Assembly: GCA_030704615.1 (NCBI GenBank)
Contig: CM060732.1
Location: forward strand, 31,186,001-31,250,000
DNA from: Takakia lepidozioides
Taxonomy: Eukaryota > Plantae > Bryophyta
Direction: 5' to 3'
DNA length: 64,000 bases
Shown: positions 1-12,239 of the stretch, in pieces
Layout: each line of letters starts with the position of its first letter
Position numbering within the stretch: the stretch's first letter is position 1
Translations under genes and position numbers: made by a program
The notes under the pieces: model-generated
Seen by the model: the letters and a program-made list of their open reading frames with translations, nothing else
What the model was told of the DNA's origin: nothing
The model's database searches: none

Positions 1-189
1 TTTATAAAATCAGACACTGCTAATGAAAGCATCTTATTCAACACATTTCACCTTGTTTTTCCCTCTAATCAGAATCGGCCCTAAATTTCCATGTTGAATT
101 CTGCAAGTTAGCTGGTTGAGTGAATCTAGTTTGGAGTGACTTTGACATGATACTGCCAATGTGACAACATGAAAGTATCAAATAACAAG

Positions 190-545
190 TAACAGAGATG
201 AGGAGAAGTTGTGGAATGAATACTATTCTGCCCCAATCAATGATGGGACAACCAAGGCAAAAAGGTGAATGCATGTTACATTTCATAGACTAGCAGACGC
301 ATTCAGCATAGGAACTAGTGTGAGAAGCTGAGTTGGATGTTTCCTAGAATAAATCGAGGGCTATCATTGTCAGCTACTAGCAGCGAGGCAAGGATGAATG
401 CATGATTTGTGCAGAGGCATGTGTAGGTGAAGGAGCAAAGAGAATGTGGGTCCAGATTCATCCAAGAGGGCCAGATTTCAAGCACAAGATTACCTATGAT
501 TCCCTGTGGATCAATAGCTACAAGAAACCTGCATGGGTAGATGGT
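190..545 (+). pseudogene. Decayed OSB-type PDF-motif repeats (organellar ssDNA-binding motif)
   Basis: Translates to EKLWNEYYSAP..Q*WDNQGKKVNA and HPRGPDFKHKITYDSLWINSYKKPAWV, matching the PDF motif consensus LW..FF.NP..WWDNR..K.NP..PDFKHK.T...LW....P.WV; stops/frameshifts present. Confidence 0.7.
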
Positions 546-947
546 CTATTCCGTGGGACTCAATCTGTCACTGAGCCTTGCATTATGAGGATCACAATTG
601 CTTGGCAGCTTACCTGCATGAGGCCTTGACCCTTAGGCAATCCCCAGAGCAGTAGTAGCTTTGGGCTACTTTTTTACTTTGGTTTTTTCATTTTGTATCA
701 TAAGCTCTTTGAGCTTTCCGCAGATGTAAGAAAGTACCATTTGTTTCATTTCATTTAATTTTCATTTTGTTTTGTTTCATGGCATGTCTTTCATTGTTTT
801 CGCATTTCTAATGACATGATTAGTTCTCTTGTATGGCATTACATGCATATGTACTAGACGGCTCATTACAAACACCAAAACTTCAAAGCATGAACCACTT
901 TGAGTGATTGTTCAAGTAATTTCGAGCACTTCATTTAGAGTAGTAAA

Positions 948-1396
948 GCACTGGTTGCGCCGACTTCTGCAGTCGCAGTTGCCAGTGGGCATGTAGCACT
1001 GCAAGTTATGTGGTCAACTACCACGTGGCGTCCCAGGCCCGTGGCCACATGGCAGCAGTGCTGCTCGCCGTGGCGCCACCACGTCGGCATCCACATCGTC
1101 GTCCACATCCGCATCCATGTATCACCGCGCTCCGGTGAGTCAGTCCACTCATCTGGAGGGAAAAGTCAAGGTCAGCCCAAAAGGTCAGACACACGGGCGG
1201 CCCGCCTGGTTACGCCACGTGGTTCTTCAACATTAATCGCAATAATTGCTGAGCAGTTGTTCGCACGTCTGCGTCCTTTACCACTCCAATCATTGGATGT
1301 CCGACCCAACTTCAACGTCTGTTGTAACTAGTCATTTGTAACTTCTAGTCGATCCCAATTTTTTGACTTTTACGACTCAAAATGAGTCGTTACCCC
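948..1396. mobile_element. Candidate non-autonomous DNA transposon (MULE-like MITE)
   Basis: Flanked by 9-bp direct repeat AGTAGTAAA (939-947, 1397-1405); CGACT..AGTCG hairpins near both ends; GC-rich interior with CCACGTGG motifs; TIR match weak. Confidence 0.4.
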
Positions 1397-1424
1397 AGTA
1401 GTAAATGACACGAATGCTTCTAGT

Positions 1425-2335
1425 GAAAATGTGGGTGCATTGAGCCCTGGACAAGGGCAAAGAGGTGCATGGGGTATCATCAAAGCTGGAATTGTACCAA
1501 ATGTCATTATGAACACTGCCCTGGCAGCTCTGGAAAAGGGGAAAGAGGTCCATGGCAACATCTTCAGAGTTGGAATTGTACCAAATGTCATTCTGAACCA
1601 TACCCTGGTGGACATGTTTGCAAAATGTGGGTGCATCTAGGATGCAAAGGGAGTGTTCGACACTATGGCTGAACGAGATGTGGTGTCGTGGAGTGCGATG
1701 CTTGCAGGGTATGCACGGCAGGGACGTGGGATGGAGGCTTTGGAGACCTATGAGAAAGGATGGGGGAAGCACATCATGTTTGTGTGCATTTGCAATGCTT
1801 GTGTAAGCTAGGCAGCCCTGGAGAAGGGCAAGAGGTGCATGGGGATATCATCAAAGCTGGAATTGTGCCAAATGTCAATCTAAACACTGCCCTGGCAGCT
1901 TTGGAAAAGGGGAAAGAGGTCCATGGCGTCATCTTCAGAGCTGGAATTGTATCAGATGTCATTCTGAATAATACCCTGGTGAACATGTTTGCAAAATGTG
2001 GGTGCATCTAGGATGCAAAGGGAGTGTTTGACACTATGGCTGAACGAGATGTGGTGTCGTGGATTGCGATGCTTGCAGGGTATGCACGACAGGGACGTGG
2101 GATGGAGGCTTTGGAGAGCTATGAGCAAATGATGGGGGAAGCACATCATGTTTGTGTGCATTTGCAATGCTTGTGCAAGCCTGGCAGCCGGCCTGGAGAA
2201 GGGCAAAGAGGTGGGGATATCATCAAAGCTGGAATTGTACCTTGAATGTCAATCTGAACACTGCCCTGGCAGCTTTGGAAAATGGGAAAGAGGTCCACAT
2301 GGTGACACCTTCAGAGCTGGAATTGTACCAAGGTG
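1425..2335 (+). pseudogene. PLS-class pentatricopeptide repeat (PPR) pseudogene with ~371-bp tandem duplication
   Basis: ALEKGKEVHG..GIVPNVILNHTLVDMFAKCGCI*DAKGVFDTMAERDVVSW.AMLAGYARQGRGMEALE occurs twice; same TAG stop at 1638-1640 and 2009-2011. Confidence 0.9.
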
Positions 2336-2489
2336 AATGCCTGTCAGATTACCAGATGCAAAGAGGTGCATGGTTGCATCGCCAAAGCAGCAGCTGCAGC
2401 GACATAGTTGATAAAGTGAAGCACCTCAACCATGACCACAGCTTCTAGAAAAGGATCAAGAGATGGAGTCCACAATGCCTCTTTTGGCA

Positions 2490-2835
2490 CTTATGGGCAT
2501 GTGAAGATGCTTTGTGAGGCAGACTGACTGAAAGAGGCTCTACTGACTTTAAACCAAGGAGGCATTTCAGCAGATTCAGATACGTATGTCTGTCTCTTGC
2601 ATAAGTGCATCAAGATGAAAGGCCTTGAAGCTAGAAAGCAGGTGCACACTCACATTATCCAAAGTGCACGCCAAATATTTTTCGACTCAACACCCTTGTC
2701 AACATATATGTTATGTGCGGGAGCATCATGGATGCTCACCAAGTGTTCAACATAATGCCTCAACGATATTTCATCACGTGGAACACGATGCTTGCAGGGT
2801 GTGCACAGTAGGGCATGGTATGGAGGCCTTGGAGA
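2490..2835 (+). pseudogene. PLS-PPR N-terminal fragment
   Basis: LKEALLTLNQGGISADSDTYVCLLHKCIKMKGLEARKQVHTHII...CGSIMDAHQVFNIMPQ..ITWNTMLAG; frameshifted. Confidence 0.8.
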
Positions 2836-2917
2836 ATGTGGTGAGGGCACCTCTTCGAGCTATTTCAGCCTCTTTTTTCCCTCTCATCAGATCGGCCTTG
2901 AATTTACATATTGAGTT

Positions 2918-3150
2918 GTCAAGGACAATGTGGTGAGGGCACCTTCTTCTTTGACCTATTTCAGCCTGTTTTGCCCTCTCATCAGACTCGGCCCTGAGAT
3001 GCATATTGAATTCTGTAAGTTAGCTCGTTGGGTGGATCCTGTGGTGGTTTGGAATGACTATGACAAGTAACTGCCGATGTGGAAGTAGGAAAGTATCCAA
3101 AACAGATAACAGAGATGAGGAGAAGGTGTGGAATGAATACTTTGTTGACC
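2918..3150 (+). repeat. Copy of the PDF-associated block (related to 45-250; inverted copies at 46560-46825 and 47100-47375)
   Basis: Visible nucleotide similarity; encodes DEEKVWNEYFVDP (PDF motif N-half). Confidence 0.7.
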
Positions 3151-3571
3151 CATTTATCCCGCAACAAGCATGTTTGTTGGCTAAAACTTTACATTTGTGC
3201 CGTTGTGTTTCCATCGCCTCCCCTATTACGGTGCCGTAATAGGAGAAGTGTCCCATTGTAGTCTGTTTCCAATAAGCATGCCTTCAATTCTGGTTTTGTC
3301 TGATAATGGATCAGTGCGGAGCGTTCATTTTTTGGAGATGCATGGGCCCATTGTGGCCTATTTATCCCTGAACTCACTTTTGCTTCCAATGATATGGCTA
3401 TGTTTGCCACATGCAGTGCCTTTAATGGATTACAGGTGTCTTGTTCCAATGTCCATGGCGCCTAGTATTAATGATTACTGCATTCACATATTGCACCTTG
3501 TCCACAAAGACCATTCCCATACACGTCCCAAAAATTGTTATGCTCAATTGCAAATTCAGTAGAGATGAGAG

Positions 3572-4088
3572 ATGAGAAGTCATATTCCCAGCACGAACAC
3601 AGCAGTTCGATCCATTCTTGAAATTATGCGAGGGCTTCACATGAAGGGACACTGCTCAAAGCTGGCTGGGCTGGACTACAGCAAGTTCACAATTAAATCC
3701 GTTACATGCCTTCCTACAGACGTCGACGGTAATATGTTCTTTGAGTTCCCTCCTCGAACGGACTATTGGAGGGCGTCCGGAATGTTGACAGATATGGATA
3801 GAAAACATGACGGTCATCCTTGGTGCGTCACCAAAACCACCAACATGAAGATGCTCGATGGTGTGCGGGTGCGCTACGTTGTTTGTGTGGGCGCGTTGCG
3901 GTGTTTCTCCCCAACTTGCTTCCACTTTAAATCCAGAGGTCACAGGAACGAGACGGATTGGACAGGCACAGCTCATCAACCATTTCGAGCTCAAGAGAAG
4001 GTTCCAAACTCCACATTTAAGTGTGCGCATTGCAAAGAACCACCACATTGCATGTCTGTTTATAATGCCAAGCAGTTCTATGTGTTGC
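3572..4088 (+). pseudogene. N-terminal GCM/WRKY-like zinc-binding region of the MULE transposase, cut by an LTR
   Basis: MDRKHDGHPWCVTKTTN..CVGALRCFSPTC..NETDWTG..CAHCKEPPHC; highly similar to the reverse complement of 16090-16410; similarity stops exactly at the LTR start (4089). Confidence 0.75.
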
Positions 4089-4923
4089 TGATAACGGCTA
4101 TGCTACGAGGGACAGACAACGAGGGTCGCAACGGGACATACTGGGTAGTGATGGTGTACACTACCTGAGCCACAGGCAGAGACGGCTAAGTACGCGGTAC
4201 TTAGCCAATGGCGGGACAAGGGTGCAATAAGGGGTAGTGTAGTAACCGTGAGCCGTGAACCACGATATCACACGGTCACGATAGCATTGGCTTTAACCAA
4301 TAGAGGGAGTAGTGGACTGTTTACCACTATGGCTCACGACCACTACAACGAGCCATTTTTTAGCAAACCTTTTAGGTTGCGTAGGCAGTTAGGCAAACGG
4401 TCATTAACGACCGCAGGCTGTAACGGCTCTTTCGAGCATAGTATAAAAAGACTGCACGCAACTCAGAAGATGTGCGGTAGGAGTATCAGTGATCAATGTG
4501 TATTTAGAGGGACTCAGAGTGATTCTGTGTACTTCTGAGATGATGTGACGAGCTCTGAAGTTAAGCCATGCTATTCGAAGTATCTCTGTGTAGAGTGAAC
4601 GTGAGATGGTGAGAATGTGTATCATCTCAGAATAGTTCTTGTTTTCTCTTGACTACCATTTGCTTGTATGAACCAAGAGGCTTCAGTCCTTTCAACTAAG
4701 GTCTTTTATGCTTAAGAGACTGTAGATTGGTCTTAATCAATAGGATTAAGCAATCTGCAAGGATATGGCTTCATCCGACGTTCATGGTTTAGCTATCCTT
4801 AAAACGATTACTTCGTAATCGTTTCTGAAAGCATACCGTCGGACAACCTCTGTTGAATGTCTTAGGAAATGGGCAGTAGTGTTAATAGCCTGTTTTGTCT
4901 AAGTCATAAACCAGCGGTTAACA
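4089..4923 (+). mobile_element. LTR family A, 5' LTR
   Basis: TGATAAC...GTTAACA termini; homologous to 23972-24817 (-) and 30160-30339 (+); followed by PBS. Confidence 0.9.
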
Positions 4924-4925
4924 TT

Positions 4926-4943
4926 TGGCGACCATACTGGGGA
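4926..4943 (+). promoter_or_regulatory. Primer binding site TGGCGACCATACTGGGGA (tRNA-Arg-like, inferred)
   Basis: Immediately after LTR CA end; near-identical PBS after the LTRs ending at 30339 and 60170. Confidence 0.75.
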
Positions 4944-5280
4944 CTAATGGTATGTTGAGTTCAAAAGTACTCAAAGAAGGATGGTTACTCAGTGATTTCT
5001 TGAAATCACGACAAAACAAGTCAACAGAAGCAAAGGAATGGAAAACATTCCTGGAAAATTTTCATGGTTTACCAAGAGCAATACAACAGAAAATCTTTCT
5101 GTCAGTATTCCAAACCATAAGCCGCAACAGGTTCTCTACCCAGTTACCTTGTGGAAAGGGGGATTAGAGACAAGTTGATAGCCGGTTTGAGTGTGAGTTT
5201 TCATCACAGAGGTGCCACCAGTTGCTGAGGAGAGTGCCGGTACGAGCACCAGTGATACTAGTGGGTATACAAGATGAGGT

Positions 5281-7250
5281 GTGCGATTTAGGCCACCTTC
5301 ACCTTCAGTGTCTTCTGAGGAAAGTTCAGACTCAGAGTTAGGAGGATTCTCGCCGAGGGTGCAAGCCATTTCCGTGCCATTGTTGTGGGATACGATGGAA
5401 GAAATGTATGGAGCTACCAAGGGGCCACGTTGGTACTCTGGAGCTGTGGTCACCATCGAGTTCGATGATTTTATACAGGAGTTTGATAGTTGGTGTGATT
5501 TGTAGCAGATACGCAATCCACAACTGTTTACGCCTTTTATGGCGTGGAAGGGGTTGTTTCAGCACCTTGAGGGGCCGCCTATAGATGACTACCATGAGTT
5601 TAGGCGGGGAAATGAGGTGGAGATTGAGGAGTGGCAACAATGTTGGTCACCTGACTATATCTCCATCACTAGAGGCACAAGGGCAGCGGCGACACCAGCA
5701 GTTACACGGGGGCTGAAAATCCATGAGCAGTGAGTAGTGAGCAGTGAGCAGGTTTTGCCGAACGTCACCGAACCGCTCGGACCTGTGCCGAACCACTTCC
5801 AAGTTCGGGATAGGTTTGGGATAGGTTCGAAGTTTGGGATAGGTTTGGTTTATAGAATATTCCCATTTTGGATTCCAAAGGAGATTTTTACTAAATTTAT
5901 ATTGCATATAACCCCTCAAATGTTGAAGGTTTGGCACCGAACACCATTTCATACACTTAAATTATTTATTTTAAAAACAAAAATATTAATTAGAAAACGT
6001 AGGTGCCGGCACTATTCGGCGCCAAACAGTGCCATAGGTTCGAAAGTGGTCCAAACTGGTTCGGCATAGGTTCGACACAGGTTCGGAAGAATTTTTCTTG
6101 ACAGAATATTCCTCCACATAAGTTCGGCACTGTTCAGAAGAATATTATTTGGATATTTGGTATATTCTGTGAATATTCCCTTAAGGTCGGCACTGTTCGG
6201 CAAAACCTGCTCACTGCTCATGGAGTTCTGCTCATGGAAAACTCAACCTCCAGCTACGCCAACATCCCCAACTGCAAGCACTAGTAGTGGGACAAGTAAA
6301 GATGGAGCTGGGAAATCCACTCAAGCTCCTGCTGCAGCACCAGCACCAGTGCCTGCGTTTAACCCAGTTATGGAGTTTTTCGAGGAGTTAAGGAGAAACT
6401 ACCAAGAAATAAGGACAACAACAACCACTACCCCGACGTGCTCAAGGCAACAATGGGAGCTCAGGCGAAGCCCAGAGAAGGACAGAGAGGATCTCAATTG
6501 CAGAGGTCACTTACTTCATTCTCAGGCCAGCAACAATCGGGTGTGACATGTTGGGATTGTGGAGGACCCCATGTTAAGAGAGATTGCCCGGAGAGAGACA
6601 AAGGGTCGGCACAGGCACAACCTACACAACTACAGTGTGGGCATTGTGGCAAGTATGGGCATGAGGAGGCCCATTGTTATGACTTGCATCCTGAGCTACG
6701 GCCAGGCCAGTTCCAAGGGAACAATGGTGTTCGAGGACGAGGCAATGTAGTCCAGAGAGGTAGAGGAGGCAGAGGTCACGGTGGAGGTCATAACATAAAC
6801 CAAGAAGCACAAGGTCAAGGTCAAGGTCATGACCAAGGCATGGTGGATAGGCTTGCCCAGCTAGAGCAATGTCTTGCTACCATGGCCACTACTCATGTTG
6901 CGCCAGCTCCAAGGCATGAGGTTCAAGCCCCACCTGCACAACCTCCTATGCCTAGGGAAGACCAGATTGATATGGGCTTCATATATAGAGCCGCACTTGC
7001 AGGACCATTGCATGTGGACTCTGCAGCTGCTGTCATTCGAGCAACAACTCGTGCTCCTAAGCCAAGAGGAGCAGATGTGGATTTTGATCCACAAAGGGGG
7101 GAAGCAAGTCGATAGACAAGGCTTCCACAGTCTTTCACATTGGCTGAGATAGTGCCAACTACTCCATCGATGGCACCCGCTTCGCCCAAGTGTGTCAGAG
7201 GTAGAGCCACGAGTGCCATTGGGGAGAGTTGGTGTACATGAGAACCCACC
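5281..7250 (+). pseudogene. Retrotransposon gag (family distinct from A/B), interrupted by a MITE
   Basis: FDDFIQEFDSWCD..FMAWKGLFQHLEGPP; CCHC knuckles CWDCGGPHVKRDC and CGHCGKYGHEEAHC; RG-rich tract. Confidence 0.7.
5708..6250. mobile_element. 543-bp non-autonomous MITE of the MTase-MULE family
   Basis: Left end GGGGGCTGAAAATCCATGAGC; right end (reverse complement) GAGGTTGAGTTTTCCATGAGC; internal inverted repeat GTGAGCAGGTTTTGCCGAAC; 9-bp TSD CAGTTACAC/CAGCTACGC (two transitions). Confidence 0.85.
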
Positions 7251-7289
7251 ACAGGAGTAGACGATCAACTGCCTGATGCGAGTTTATTT

Positions 7290-9480
7290 GCAGTGGAGGT
7301 GCAGGGAGCAGATGATTGGTTAGATTGGCAGTGGCCAATCAGATATTACCTTACTCATGGTCAGTGCCCACCCAGTTATGGGAAGGAGCAGAGGAAAAGA
7401 ATAGCTATCAAGGCTTTACCATGCACTATGATAGGTGGAAGATTGTATAAGCTAGGACCTGATGGAGTTCTTAAACGATGCTTTACCACCATGAGATAAA
7501 TAAAGTTTTGGAAGAAGTTTATAAGGGAGTGGCTGGAGGCCATTTTGGAGAAGAGACTACCAGTAGGAAAATACTACTTGCAGGTTACTGGTGGCCTACT
7601 TTGTTCAAGGATATACATAAGTATTAAAGGAGTTGTGATGAGTGTCAGAGGCTAGGACCTTTGCAAAGATCTGGGAAGATGGCTTTGCATCCTACGATGC
7701 CTACTGAACCATTCCAGAAATGGGGATTAGACTCTATTGGACCAATTAATCCACCAGCCAGGAATACACAGAACAAGTATATAATCACAGCCACTGATTA
7801 TACTACAAAGTGGGTGGAAACTAAAGCTCTGAGGGACAACACAGCTAAGTCCATAACAAGGTTCCTATATGAGAACATACTCACAAGATTTGGCTATCCC
7901 CTGGAATTTATCAGTGACCAGGGAAGTCATTTCATTAATGAGACCATATAACTATTGACTAAAGAGTTCATGATTGTGCACATGAAGAGTACAACCTATT
8001 ACCCATAGGGCAATGGGCAAGCAGAGGCCACCGACAAAATACTATACACTATCTTGGCTAAGATAGTCATACTGGGATACAAAGCTGTTGACAGCTTTGT
8101 GGTCATACAGAATTTCATATAAAGTCACTACCAAGTATACACCATTCCAATTAGTTTATGGAATGTGTTAGGGGGCTGCTTGGGACTTAGACGCTTTTAC
8201 GGGTTCTGTGGGGTACCCTTAATTTTTGCGCAGATTGAGACCAACAAGAGCCTTAGGGGTAGCAGCAGCAGGCTTTAAGGGGGTTACACAGCCCGACACA
8301 GCTTTACAGAGCCCGTCACAGCCCGGCACAGCCCGTCACCGCCGACACAGCTTTACACAGCCCGTCACAGCCAACACAGCCCGCCACAGCTTCGCACAGC
8401 CGACACAGCCCGACACAGCCTTACACAGCCAGTCACAGCTCGGCATAGCTTGACACAGTCTGTCACAGTACATGGGGAACAGTTATCATTGGCAGGGAAC
8501 GACTGTGAGGGAACGACATCTGCAGAAGGAACGTGTTACTTCAAGGATGACGGTTAATTAGTTAGGTGGTTAGAACAGCTTGCGGGCAGATAAGGAGAGC
8601 GGCAACGGAAAGAGGAAACTTCACAGGGAGCGCTTCTTGGTCATGGAGGAGGGGAGATCAGGCGGAGAGCAAGAACGAGAGCACGCAGAAGGAGGAGAGA
8701 TGAACAGTAGATGCTTGTTACATGCAAAGCTGTAGTGAAACTGTAGGGCAGATTAGAGTCACCATGGCATTGGCCGGATACCTGATAAATCATAATCTGA
8801 TACCTATTCGATACAAGCACACTGTGTAGAGTGACATGAGTGAAGCTATGAAATGAATGCATGATTAATTAGAATTAAGTAGATACTGAAGCAATCTGAT
8901 GCTTCAGTATCAGATAAGGTGAATTGATAACATGAAGGCAAGAAGGAATACAAATGGGAAGCACAACCATGATTCACTAGCTGTAGGTCATGACTGATTG
9001 TACCGAGCGGGCTGAGTGCTTAGAAATATCCAACTCTTCTATCTTGGAGTTTCCACCTCGGATAGCGAAGGGATGGGTGAGTAAAAGCCGTTCGACAGAA
9101 TGGAAGCTTTACTTCCAGTGGAGTTCTTATTACCTACTGTGAGAACTGAATGGGGAAGGAGAATGGAATTGGAGGATTCAATTAAAGTAAGGAAACATGA
9201 ACTATATTATGTGGAAGAAGTACAAGCTGATGCTGCAGATAACATGACCAAAATTCAGATGAAGAGGAAGGATCAGTTTGATAAAGGTAAATTGAAGACT
9301 TTTAAGACAGGCGATTTGGTACTGTGGTTGCCGAAGAAGGAAAAGATTAAAGCTTCTAAGCTTAAATCACCATGGAAATGACCTTATGTCATACAGAAGA
9401 TGTATGATAACAACACAACTATGTTACAAACCATGAACAAAGATATGCTTGGTAGAGTCAATGCCAATAAGTTGAAGGAT
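7290..9480 (+). pseudogene. Ty3/gypsy integrase, split by a solo LTR
   Basis: GHFG..GYWWPTLFKD..CDECQR; WGLDSIGP, TDYTTKWVE, ISDQGSHF, GNGQAE; LVYG|MEALLP rejoins across the insertion; decayed GPY/F motif near 9375. Confidence 0.9.
8166..9097 (+). mobile_element. Solo LTR, family B
   Basis: TGTTAG...CGACA; 5-bp TSD GAATG (8161-8165, 9098-9102); internal ACACAGCC repeats; homologous to 59209-60170 and 38724-39315. Confidence 0.95.
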
Positions 9481-10218
9481 ACAGTGGTATCCATGATAGA
9501 CCATTGCAGCATGATTTACATCTTGAAACACTGCAGTCACAGGCTACACTAGTAGCACCAGCGGAGCATGAAGCACTTGTCATAAAGCCAAATGTGTATG
9601 AGCATAGCAGAGAACACACGTGTTCACACAGCCATCACAGCCCACCACAGCCTATTACAACATACCACAGCTTGTCACAACCTGTCACAGCCCAACACAA
9701 GCAACACAGCCCACACAGGTCGCATAGTCCATAGGGTCAGTGACAGGTGGACACGAGTTAACGTCAGTAAAGTGGCCGGTAAGTGTAAAGATTGTTTGGA
9801 AGTCAAACTCGGGGAATGTGCCACGCGGACAGAGGGAGATGGGAGAGTGTTTGAATTCAAACACGTGGCCTAAGGGGAAAAGCACTCCGCATTGCATGTA
9901 CTGCAATAACGGGCGCCATCACACAAGAAGACAAACAGGGCCGTCAAAGTACCTATCAGGTACATCAGCCGAAACTTATTATGAACCCATTAATGCATCA
10001 AGAGGACATGTAACGGAACCCTTTACGCGTCCGACAAAGGGGAACCTTTGCCACATATGCAGTCCTAGTGGTCATTCCAAGTTAGAATGTGAATAGATGA
10101 GGGTAAAAATGAGAAGTTACCTAATGAGGCAACGGCCAATCAGCAACACAAATTTTGTGCAGACTTCATTCAAGAAACAAGAACAAAAAATTAAAAAGGT
10201 TATGAGCGGAAGAATAGC

Positions 10219-12239
10219 ATGGCTCTCAACCTATTGGGCACCTATGTCAAAACTCATGTTCCTTCCACACAATTGGCAGCATTGCGGGAGGAGCTCAAGC
10301 AAGAGTTTGAGGCAAGAATTGTCACTGAGTGTGCAAACAAGGTGGATGTGGAGGCCAACCTCAAGTTGCAGCATGAAGTACATAAGCAACAGCTATACCA
10401 GTTGCAGGTTAAGCATGAAGGCAAGTTGCAGGAAGTGAAGTTGCTTCATACAGAATTGGAAGCAGTCCATCATAGAATGACCATACAGTGCACACTAACG
10501 ACTAATCTGGAACTGACTATACCAGAAGTTAAGAACCAAGCTGAGAGATGTTTAATGGCGGAGGCAGAGTCAATGGAGCAGGGGAAACTTATTGCTGACA
10601 TGAAGGCTACTATCTGTCGCAATGAGGATACCTTTCAACAGTACCACCAGGTCAATGCCCAGAAGGACAGGTACATCCTCGAGTTGCAGCAAACAATCAC
10701 AGTACGGGAGAATAAGCTTTCTGTGACTGACAAGGCCTGGAAAGAAGCCAATAATCTGTCTGCCACCTATGCAGCTCTGGTTGAACCCCATGCGAAGTGC
10801 ATGGAGACTTTACAGCAATAGTTAGACACAATCTACCATGTTCCATCTACTCAAGCATTCATTCCACAGCTTCACTCATATCTCTCTACATGGTGTGAGT
10901 ATGAACAAGGGACAGTGGAAGGAAAGGCACCAAGAAAGCTCACCCAAGATAAAATGAATGATCTTAGGCTACGGGTGCAGAACATTGCCACAGCCACTAT
11001 AGACAATGTCTATAGTTGGATAGCTGAGTTGCAGGAGGATGTGGAAGGGCTGTAGACTCAAGTGGATGACTTGATCTCCAACATTGACAAAAGGGCCTTT
11101 GTTCCTGAGGAACAGCTGGTGGACTTATTTGCACGCAAGGACTCTGATTTTCCAATCTTTAGCATAGGAGGTGCAGGACTTGCCAACATCAGGAGGGATA
11201 GTGGCACCAATATCACAGCAATCACATCAGGTCGCCAGTGTTGATACCATGGCACTGCAGCAATCTGAGGTTTGGGATGATGCTTCTTTTAACCCACCTA
11301 CTATTCCTGCTACACTTGAATACAATCGGGCTATGATTATGCCATTCAACCAAATTCCCATTGTTATGGATTTGGCTTGGAAAGAATTCAGTCCCTCCAG
11401 AGTCTTTGGCGCACTATCACCAGATTATGCGCATTTGGTTGCCAGTGACAACTTGGAATAAAGTTTTTCCAAATGACCGACCCATTGAAGATCATCATTT
11501 TGCACAGTACTGGTCTGAGGTAGGCACCATGCTGAAGGAATTAATTGCCTTCCAGATTGTTCATGGGTACATCTACACCAAGATCAAGGAGGTACCTAGT
11601 TTGGTCATGGGTTGTGGACTATACTATGCTGCTTGTTTCATTTCACGCTACCACATTGAGCAGCAAAAGATGCAAATGCAATTTCAGACTTATTCCAAGT
11701 CTGGGGATCATTGGGTGTTACTTTCAATTCCATCACATACATATTTGTATGATGTGAGGATCATGCTTTAGAAGGATCCCCAACTTCGTTCTTGGTTTAA
11801 TTTTGCTCTGGAGAACTTGGCCAGGGAAAACTTGGGTCTTGATCACATTTTTCCTAAAGGGCATGAAGCCAAAAAGTGGTCACACTTTTCCCATGTCATT
11901 GGCACACCACTTAGCTATACAGATGATGAGATGCGGGAATACACTAATCTTGCTCGAAAAAGGTTGATACAAGTCTTAAAGTTTAAGCTTCCAGACATGG
12001 TGGGCAAACACTGTATGCCACGCAAGATTCCTGAAAAGCCACAAAAGGTAAGGGCACCGAAAGGTCACCGGGGGGAAGATGATTCTGACACTATTGGTTC
12101 TATGGAGGAACCTTTTGACATGGCTGAGGATTATGCAATACAAATGGCGGAGAAGAAACGACGGGGATCTCCTATCCTCAAGCCAAAAACTATCAAGCAC
12201 TACAACAACAAACAAGAGGAAACTAAGCAAATGAGCTAG
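10219..12239 (+). pseudogene. Extra ORF downstream of integrase: coiled coil plus conserved KEL.A/VMGC domain
   Basis: Heptad-rich 10219-11050; 11460-11770 aligns with the 24989-25402 (-) product; several stops. Confidence 0.55.

Noticed and set aside
8171-8181. GGGGGCTGCTT resembling the MULE terminus
   Set aside because: It is the start of LTR B; other LTR B copies read AGAGGGCT here, and there is no CATGAGC block or TSD
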